DNA of 64,000 nt from the human T2T-CHM13v2.0 reference genome, Homo sapiens. The DNA lies in assembly GCF_009914755.1 (NCBI RefSeq), contig NC_060931.1; one strand, given 5' to 3'. Position 1 is the first letter of the stretch; each line of letters starts with the position of its first letter. The notes below the pieces were generated by a model. The model had not been told where the DNA came from. It did no database searches and saw only the letters and a list, made by a program, of their open reading frames with translations. This document shows, piece after piece, positions 52,879-64,000 of the stretch. A program made the position numbers and the translations under genes.

Positions 52879-53117
52879 AGTGTGTGCATTTCTGAATAAA
52901 TTTATTAGTACTTGAATAATGTATTAGTTTCTGCATTTATTTAATGTAACGTTTTGATCTGGCGTGGAAGAACATGAGAGGAGGCACAAGAGTTAACACA
53001 TCAGATGGACATAATGCTATTGTATTTCAGAACTTAAAATCCACTAAAATTTGTATATTCAGCTAGATACAGCTAGTTGTTCCAGTGTTTGCTATCTTAC
53101 TTCATATAACTTACCAC

Positions 53118-53292
53118 ACTGGTTCTCAAGTCGTAACTACCTATCAGAGTCATCTGGGGGAGCAGTTGAAAACTCGACTGGCTCCACCTCAGACTAATTG
53201 AATTGGAGTCAGTGATGGCGGCACGCCTGTGGTGGGCTTGTCTTAGTGCTCCAGGTGATTCTAAAATGCAGCAAAGGTTAAGAGCCACAGGC
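53118..53292. mobile_element. MER5-family element
   Basis: ggttctcaa...ctccaggtgattctaaaatgcagcaaaggttaagagccac. Confidence 0.65.
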
Positions 53293-53619
53293 CTAACCCT
53301 GCAGATAACTCACTTTGAGCACATTTAGTCACTTTATGTGATTTGGCATGGTTGCCTCTACAAACTTTCCCTTTTTGGTGCTAGATACTTGTAGAGCAGT
53401 TGAGTTTGTGATTCTGAAAGTGAATGTGGAAAAAAGGAATGTGTTAAGGTGTTTCGAGATCACAAAATGGATCCAGTCAAATTTTCATGTTTATATTTTT
53501 CATTAAAACTTAGGAGAAAAATAGTTGATATGAAGGAGGGAAAAATGTTCTCAGTTGAATTTTAAGGTTTGGTATTTGATATTCTAAATAAGTATTTTGG
53601 GAATTGGTCCGGGACTAGT

Positions 53620-53790
53620 CATGCCATATTTAGCAAATAAAAAGACAGGTCACCTAGTTAAAATTGAATTACGGATAAATCACAATTACTTTAAAAAATG
53701 TAGTTATGTCCCATGCAATATTGTGGACATACTTTAAAGAAAGCAATATTTTGGACATACTTCTACTAAAAATGTATTATTTGATATAAA
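53620..53790. mobile_element. MER53 (palindromic hAT MITE), partial
   Basis: gccatatttagcaaataaaaagacagg...tatgtcccatgcaatattgtggacatactt. Confidence 0.7.
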
Positions 53791-55249
53791 TAAATATAAA
53801 CATATTATTTGATGTTTATTAAACCATCCATTACCACAGTGCCGTCTATCTTGATATCCCATCCTTAACATAACTCCCTTGGCTGGACTCACTTTTTTAC
53901 CTTCTCCTTTCCTCCTCCTTTCTCCCCATCTCCCTCCACCGCCTTTTTTTGATTGACCAAGGATCCATGGTACTGGCATGTTATATTGGTAACATGTGAT
54001 TACTTCTTTTTTCATATTTAGGATAGGAAATATGAAAGAGGATACACTATATTGAAATTTTTTTAACATTTAATTGTATAATAATTTAGTAGAAGAATGT
54101 AAATGAGAACTTAATTGTCTCATATAATTTGATAATGTTTGTAATCTGTAGAAAATATATGTTCTTATGAACAGAGATTGAATAGAAATAGATATCTAGG
54201 AGTTAGGCAGACCTGATCTTTCCGTTGCCTGACCTGGAGCAAGTTACCCCCTCAATAAAGCTAAGTTTCCTTGGGGATGATAAATTCATGGGGACCCCAG
54301 GATTCCATGGGATGATGCAATTAAATATGTAAATATGTCAGAAAGGATGACCTTTGTTAACGGTTGGGGTGATTATGAAAGGGCTAATTTCAGCATGGTA
54401 ACTATTAAATCTGGATTTATTTAAAGTATCAATTTAATTGGTCACAAAAATGGAAAGACCAGACACGAACATCTTCATACAAAAAGATTGTACTTCTGTT
54501 CCTTTTAGAAGGGTGTGTGCTCTGTGTGGACTACCTGAATTTATCCCATACAAGGATAGCACATGTAATTAGCATAGCTCATTGAGATTTCATCTTTGCT
54601 TTTGAAGAGTAAAATGAATGACTTTCAAGAATTAGTGTATTAGGTCAATGACAGTACTTTGTTTCAGCCAAACAGTTAACCAGACAGAACTAATAATGAG
54701 GCTCTCCCCAGGCTGCCTAGGCTGCATAAGAAACCATTAATTGTAAGATGTTGTATGTGCAGCTAAGCCCCTGAGCAACACCATAGAGTCAAGGGTCAAG
54801 GAATAGCTGACTCCAGTTTACCCTGATTAGTTCACTAAACATTTCCACTCGTTGAAGAAGGACGGTATTTCCATAGCGTTGTGATAGGTTTTAAAATGCC
54901 ACAAGAGAATCGCCACTTCTAAATTGGCACGAAATACCCACCACTTATAAAGGTGCATCTTTGATCTTGAGTGGGTTTTTACTATGCAGTTTTATCTGCA
55001 TGACCAAATTGCTCGAATAACACTTTTTCTCTGTCCACGGGTAGGTCATTCAAGGGGTGTCCACATTGTAGTGGCCTGAGATATCAACCCAAGTACCCTT
55101 CCCCTTTTTTCTTGGGCACACAGAATTTCTGGTATCCCTGCATGCCTTGGATTTGCATTTCATAAAATAAGCATTTGTATTTCATTGTATGTAAATGCTA
55201 AATTATGGAATTTTAAAGGGAAATCTCAACAATTGATTGTGTGATCTTT

Positions 55250-55392
55250 ATAATGTATAATATATCCAGTATAGATTAGATATATTATAAATTTATATAT
55301 TATATATACTAGATACATAGTATATATTATACAATTTATAACTATAATATAAATTATATAAATTAGTATATATATAATAGATATATATTAGA
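55250..55392. repeat. AT-rich low-complexity (degenerate TA) tract
   Basis: tatatattataaatttatatat... Confidence 0.8.
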
Positions 55393-56184
55393 AATGTTAT
55401 TTCTAATCTAGCCGGTGGGTATATTATAAATCAGATTGTCCTGATTTTGTTTTTTCTGTGGTGATTTCCGTTGTCTTTAATTAGAGGCAGCATGCATACA
55501 GGCCTGGCCGACTTTTTCAGAAAACGCCGTCTTGAGCTCTGTAGTAGTTATATGATCCAATCCTGGTTGTAGACATTTAAAATGTTGGATTTACAATTTT
55601 GGTTTATCTTTGTTTATTACAAAATGCATTTCTATTCGGTAGAGAACTTCAGGTCTTTTTAAAGTAATGCTATTATATCTCTTTAATCATGTATTATAAA
55701 ATTTACAATTATTGATCTCAAGTCAGTCATTTAGTACCTGCTAGGTTCCAAGGTGGCTAGTTGGATTCTATTTGTGAGGAACTCACTGCACAACAACCAG
55801 AGAGGAACTGTTCTGAAAGAATATTGTAATTTTTTAAAACCATAATAAAATACTAAGCTGTGATGACATAGTGAAGTGTGTCCAGGCCAGCCTGTTTGGA
55901 AAGGTTATCAAGGAGATCAGACTCGATTTTTCTGGAGTTAAGATCACAGATCTGACTCCATTTGCTTACGTGAGGCAAGTGCTGCAATTGTTTTCTCTTT
56001 GGGAGATGTGACAGTGATATCTGGGGTGCTGCTTTTTTCCCCTAGTGCCGTTAGTACATTATTTCTCAGAAAACTCAGAAATACTCTTTCAGGAAAAAGT
56101 TGTACAAAATTGCACCACTTAGAGGTATCTTTCATTAGAACTCAGATGAGCTAAGACATTTCCAGATTCGTGGGTTTTTTTTTT

Positions 56185-56405
56185 TTTAATATTTTAGGTT
56201 TGGGGGTACATGTGAAGTTTTGTTACATAGATAAACATGTCATCGGAGTTTGTTGTACGCATCCTTAGATCACTCAGGTATTAAGCTCGGTCCCCAGTAG
56301 TCATCTTCTCTGCCCTCTCCCTCCTCCCACCCTCCCCCTTCAAGTAGATCCCAGTGTCTGTTCTTTCCTTCTTTGTGTTCATGGGTTCTTATCATGTAGC
56401 TCCCG
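56185..56405 (-). mobile_element. L1PA/PB/MA-type 3' end fragment
   Basis: gggggtacatgtgaagttttgttacatag...ctccctcctcccaccctcc, with a T-tail. Confidence 0.75.
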
Positions 56406-56688
56406 CCAAATTTGTGTTTCAAAGCTTAATCGCCACCTCCGTTGTAACTTAAAAATTATCATGTACATGTGTTTGTGTTGTTCTGCACATATTTGTTGGC
56501 AGATAACTGCTTTGTATACATTATTGTGATGGCAAAAAGAAGCCCTTTTCTGTGAGCGGGTTTGGTGTCCGGCTCGACCTGGGTTCCTGCACCACCGCTG
56601 TGTGCTCCTCCTCGAGTGAATGTATGGCTCACTGTGCATTGTGCTGCCGAGCTCACGTGTGTGACGCGGATATGTTCTTTCTTTTCAG

Positions 56689-56793
56689 GTTATCACCAAT
56701 CTAGTGAAAATGTTGAAGTCCAGAGACACGAGGAGAAATTTTTGTCCTCCAAACCACTGGCTGTCAGAACAAGAAGATATTAAAGCAGATAAG
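56689..56793 (+). CDS. UBE3C: UBE3C exon 14 (VITNLVKML...DIKADK)
   Basis: tttcag|GTT...AAG|gtgtta; 105 nt. Confidence 0.95.
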
Positions 56794-57144
56794 GTGTTAT
56801 TGAAAGATCTTTTTAATATTTATCATTAAAAAATACATTCAGCTTGTGTCTTTCTGGAGAGAAGAATTAAGCACTTTAAAATTATTTATTTTATGACTCA
56901 TATGACTAAATAGTAATGATAAACCTTATTACTAACTCTTACGCCAACTTCTTAATGGAACATATAGCAGTATCATTGACTTAAAATGATATTCTGAGTT
57001 ATTAATCCTCAATTTTCCTTTTTAACCTGAGATTATATTAAAGCCTTAATGATTCTTTGTGAGGTTGAAAAATATTTTGCTTTTATTAGTATTAATATAT
57101 GTCTAGTATTTAAAAGAGATAGATCTTATACCTAATTTTTGTGA

Positions 57145-57272
57145 TTTTTTTTTTTTGAGACGGAATCTTGCTATGTTTGCCCGTGGTGGTCTCAAACTCC
57201 CAGCCTGAAGTGATCTTCCTACCTTGGCCTCCCAAAGTGCTGGGATTACAGACGTAAGCCACCACACCAGTC
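57145..57272 (-). mobile_element. Alu left monomer (FLAM-like)
   Basis: Single antisense monomer. Confidence 0.75.
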
Positions 57273-57376
57273 CTTTATCCTTGATTTTCTAAAAGAACAG
57301 AGACAAATTTGAATATTACTAATACCTACATCTAAAGCAGATTCAGTAGTATGATACGTTAGTAAAAAATTTAAGT

Positions 57377-58341
<965 letters not shown>

Positions 58342-59341
58342 TTATAAGCATGACTATGTCCTCATAAGATATTTGTGAGTTAAGCCTGTTGCATCTAACT
58401 CTGCCCACTGACAAGGTAGAGCAATGGTGGCAGATCCCCCAGCAGTGAACAGTTCTGGGGCCCAGGCTGGGGTTGCTTCACAGCAAAAGAAGCAGTCCTG
58501 GCAGGGTGCTTGGCTCCAGGTCTGGGGAAGACCCTGCAAGATGGGTGTGGAGTGCTCTGTCATGCTGGAGAGCGAGGAAGCTATTGCAGGGTGGCTGGGG
58601 CTGGGAGACAGGGTTAGGAGCCTGTCTCTAGCTGGTCATGGGCAGAAACTTGAAGCATTCATGAAAACAGCTAACTCTGAGTTCGCAAGGGTGCTAACAA
58701 AACCCTTCGTCATCATATTTGTAGGATGCAAAGGAACCATCTCATTATTTTGAATGCTGTTTTGAAAAAAAGAAGTACTCAAGCATTTAACCCACCTTTC
58801 ATTTATAAACTGTACCTCAGGCAAAACAGATAGTGTGTGATCTTTTGCATAGAAGTATTCCAGCCAATACTACATGAAAAGGATTTTTGCAAACTAGAAT
58901 CAGCCTGTTGCAGGCTCTGGTGAAGGAGATGACCAGGGCGGTGCCACTCCAGGTGCAGCGCATGTCTAGGGTCTGCTGGTCTGAGATGGTGTGTTGGCCT
59001 CCCAGGAGAGGAGGGTCTGGTCCCAGAATGCAAATAGCTGCACCTCTTCCTTACTCCAGAAAGTTGTGCGATGGGAAAATGTCAGCTGAACCCAGCAGTG
59101 TGCTTAGTGATTTAATTGATTTATATTTTGGCACAAGTCCCTTATCTCATCACCAGCTGGTAGTACGGTGCACACACCCACACTTGAAGTAGGTTTCACT
59201 TCTGCAGTGAAAAGCAGAGATGGGGCCTCTCAGTGATCGAGCATCCCACACCACCTAGGAAACGTTCTCGCCAGAAAGTTAAATCTAAATGTGGTGGAAC
59301 CTCTACATCTAACTACAAAATTACAGGAAACATAGGGGTTA

Positions 59342-60203
<862 letters not shown>

Positions 60204-60510
60204 CTATTTTGCTTCATAAAGCAATTATATTATTTTACTATGTTTAGATATTATGCACCATCAAATAAAACAATTAGAGATTTCTTTGGGGCATATTAGA
60301 AAACATAGTTAACTGTAAAAGTATGAAAGGACAGCTAGCATGAGAGAGGACCTGAAAAGGTAAAGCAAAAGGGGACATGAAGGTATGAGGTCAGAGAGAG
60401 GGCCCAGCCCACGGTAGAGAAATGTCCAGCACCAATTCTGTTCAAGTGTGATCAGGTCAAAGTGTGTGCTAGAGCACAGGGGAGTTCTGAACCAGGATTG
60501 CCCCCGACAG

Positions 60511-60598
60511 GTCACTCAGCTCTATGTGCCAGCATCCAGACATGTGTGGAGGTTCCGGCGGATGGGGAGGATAGGCCCGCTGCAGTCCACCCTGGACG
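60511..60598 (+). CDS. UBE3C: UBE3C exon 15 (VTQLYVPASRH...QSTLD)
   Basis: cgacag|GTC...GACG|gtgagt; 88 nt. Confidence 0.93.
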
Positions 60599-61281
60599 GT
60601 GAGTTCTCTAGGACACAGGGTTACTGAGGTATGAATTACATGCTGTCAAATTCACTCCTTTAATCTACAGATCTGTTATTTTTCATAAACTTATACAGCC
60701 ATGTCACTCCCAGCAGGAGCTACCATGTAGAAAAGTTTCATCACCCACAAAATTGCCTCTAGCTCCATTGCGGCCACCTCTTCAGCAGCCACCCATTTCT
60801 GTTTTGTCCTGTCACTTTGCCTTTTGCAAAAGGCCTCCAAAGGGAACCATGCTGTGTAGTCTGCTCCTGGCTCCTTTTGGTCAGCACGCTGCATTTGAGG
60901 GTGCTGTGTGGGTTGATTGTTCCCTCTGTTGCTCAGCAGTATTCCAGTGTGGGGATGCACCACAGTTTGTGAATCCATTCATTGGTTGAAAGACATTTGG
61001 TTATTTTTTCTGTCTCTGGGAATACGAGTACAGCTGCTATAAACATCTATGTACAGGTTTTTCTGTGAACATACATTTTGTTTGACATGGAGTAAGTTTC
61101 ACTGGGAGTAAGAATCCTGAGACATTTGGCAAGTTTATGTTTAACTTGATGAGAAGCTGCAGAACTGTGTTCCAGGGTGGCTGCACGGCTTTGCATTCAG
61201 ACCAGCAATGAATGAGAGCCTCTGTTGTTCCCAGTCCTCATCAGCACTTACAGTTGTCATTTAAAAAAAAAAAATTCTATG

Positions 61282-61637
<356 letters not shown>

Positions 61638-61665
61638 CTAATGATATTCAGCATCTTTTTCATGA

Positions 61666-61990
<325 letters not shown>

Positions 61991-62234
61991 CCTGTGAACA
62001 TGTTTTTTAGTTATTGAATTTTGAGAGTTATAAAGCTATTCTGGATATAGTTTATCAGATATGTGATTTGCAAATATTTTGTCCCAATCTGTGGCTTGTC
62101 TTTTTCTTTTCTTAGCAGTGTCTTTCAAGGAGGAGAAGTTTTAAATTTTGATAGAATCCCATTTACCATTTTTTTCTTTAATGAAATTGTGCTTTTGATA
62201 TGATGTCTAAGATACCTTCACCTAACACTTTACT

Positions 62235-62530
62235 TTTTTTTTTTCTTTCTTTCTTTTTTGAGGCAGGGTCTCAGTGTGTCACCAGGCTGGAGTGCAATGG
62301 TGCAATCACAGCTCACTGCAGCCTTGAACTCTGCAGTCTCAGGCAGTTCTCCCACCTCAGCCTCCTGAGTAGCTGGGACTATAGGCGCGTGCCACCATGC
62401 CCAGCTAATTTTTAAAAAAATTTTCTTCGTAGAGGCAAGGTCTCTCTGTGATGCTCAGTTTCTCAAACTCCTGAGCTCAAGGGATGCTCTCGCCTCAGCC
62501 TGGGATTACAGGCATAAGCTGCCATCCCCA
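62235..62530 (-). mobile_element. AluJ-like
   Basis: Antisense Alu. Confidence 0.83.
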
Positions 62531-63075
62531 GCTCCTTGAAATGAGTTTTAAGAGGCCAAGTTACGATTTATTGTTGGAAAGGAATGGGATATGTGTTTAT
62601 TCATGAAATACTGCCTGGGGCCTACTGTGTATACAGCCTTCTCCCAGGCACCATCTCATGCACACACGCCTGGTCTGGGAGGAACTTTGTTGCCATAGTA
62701 GGAGGGAAAGGGCACGAAGGTGGTCGGGGGTGGCCAGGGCACCGCCCACTGCTGGATCTGGCTGCATTCGGGCCTCACCGCCAGTGCTAGGGCTAGCTGT
62801 GCACTTGAGACGTGCTAGACAGCTGGAGTGGAAGTGTAGTCCTTGATTAGGACATCTTTAATATTCGATCAAGTTATGTGTTCGGGGAGCTACTGTGCTG
62901 ATCCTGCACTGTGCATGGCTCATGGGTCTGCCTGAGGCGGGGATGTGTTCATGGAACTGGATTTAGATAAATGAGTTAATCAGGATGATTTCAAGAATCT
63001 TCACCTTAAGAATTGTCAGTGGGAATGCAGGGGAAAGTACAAGTGAACTAATTAAGGTTTTAAAATGTGTTTTAG

Positions 63076-63173
63076 TGGGTTTGGAGTCCCCGCCGCTGTC
63101 TGTGTCTGAGGAAAGACAGCTTGCTGTCCTGACAGAGTTGCCTTTTGTGGTTCCATTTGAGGAACGAGTAAAG
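63076..63173 (+). CDS. UBE3C: UBE3C exon 16 (VGLESPPL...FEERVK)
   Basis: ttttag|TG...AAG|gtatgc; 98 nt. Confidence 0.95.
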
Positions 63174-63462
63174 GTATGCAATTTGGCTTCTTTATTGTCA
63201 CTACGTATCATATTAGTGTTAAGAAATTAACACACACCCACCAGAGAAATCTCTAAAGGTGCCTAGTGCCTGGCTGATTACATAACATACTTTTCTCATT
63301 AGGCTGAAATAGCTAAGAATGATTTATAAAACCCAACCAGATACCTCTTTTTACAAACTGAAAGTATTTTCTTAGTTACAACTGATTGAAAGCCAGTAAC
63401 ACTATAGATTTCTTATAATGAGGGTCTAACGTCATTTTTCTCTATTAAATTTTGCATTATTT

Positions 63463-63745
<283 letters not shown>

Positions 63746-63834
63746 GGGGAAGAAACTTTGCATTGTTTTTGAAAAAGCAAATTTTTTGTGAAGATATGCT
63801 TCTGTACATTCACGTTTATTTATCAGAAACGATG

Positions 63835-63995
63835 TTTTTTTTTTTCTGAGACAGGATCTCACTCTGTCACCTGGGCTAGAAAGCAGTGCTGTGATCATAG
63901 CTCACAGCAGCCTCAAACTCCTGGGCGCAAGCCACCATCTCACCTTGACCTGCTAAAGTGCTGGGATTACAGGCATCAGCCACTACACCTGGCCT
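63835..63995 (-). mobile_element. Alu monomer / internally deleted Alu
   Basis: Antisense Alu fragments. Confidence 0.75.
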
Positions 63996-64000
63996 GGAAA

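Overview
Human-type (primate, Alu-rich) genomic DNA covering the middle of the HECT E3 ubiquitin ligase gene UBE3C on the + strand. I can place 15 internal coding exons (exons 2-16 by my numbering, about codons 23-700, including the IQ motif; the HECT domain lies downstream of the window), and they splice into one open frame. One intron (26843-41541) must use a non-canonical GC donor. That intron carries two processed pseudogenes: a sense RPS27A (ubiquitin-S27a) copy and an antisense UBXN2B (p37, p97/VCP cofactor) copy. The UBXN2B copy comes from an unusual splice form and keeps an uninterrupted 219-codon SEP-SHP-UBX ORF, probably from a newly created ATG. The rest is about 50 Alus, L1/L2 fragments, MaLR and MER21 LTR elements and DNA-transposon fossils, including a MER85 piggyBac MITE with both ends and TTAA duplications. 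Most ORFs in the supplied track are Alu-derived noise. Gene and repeat-family names rest on my recall of the protein and consensus sequences, not on a database search. Repeat boundaries are approximate.
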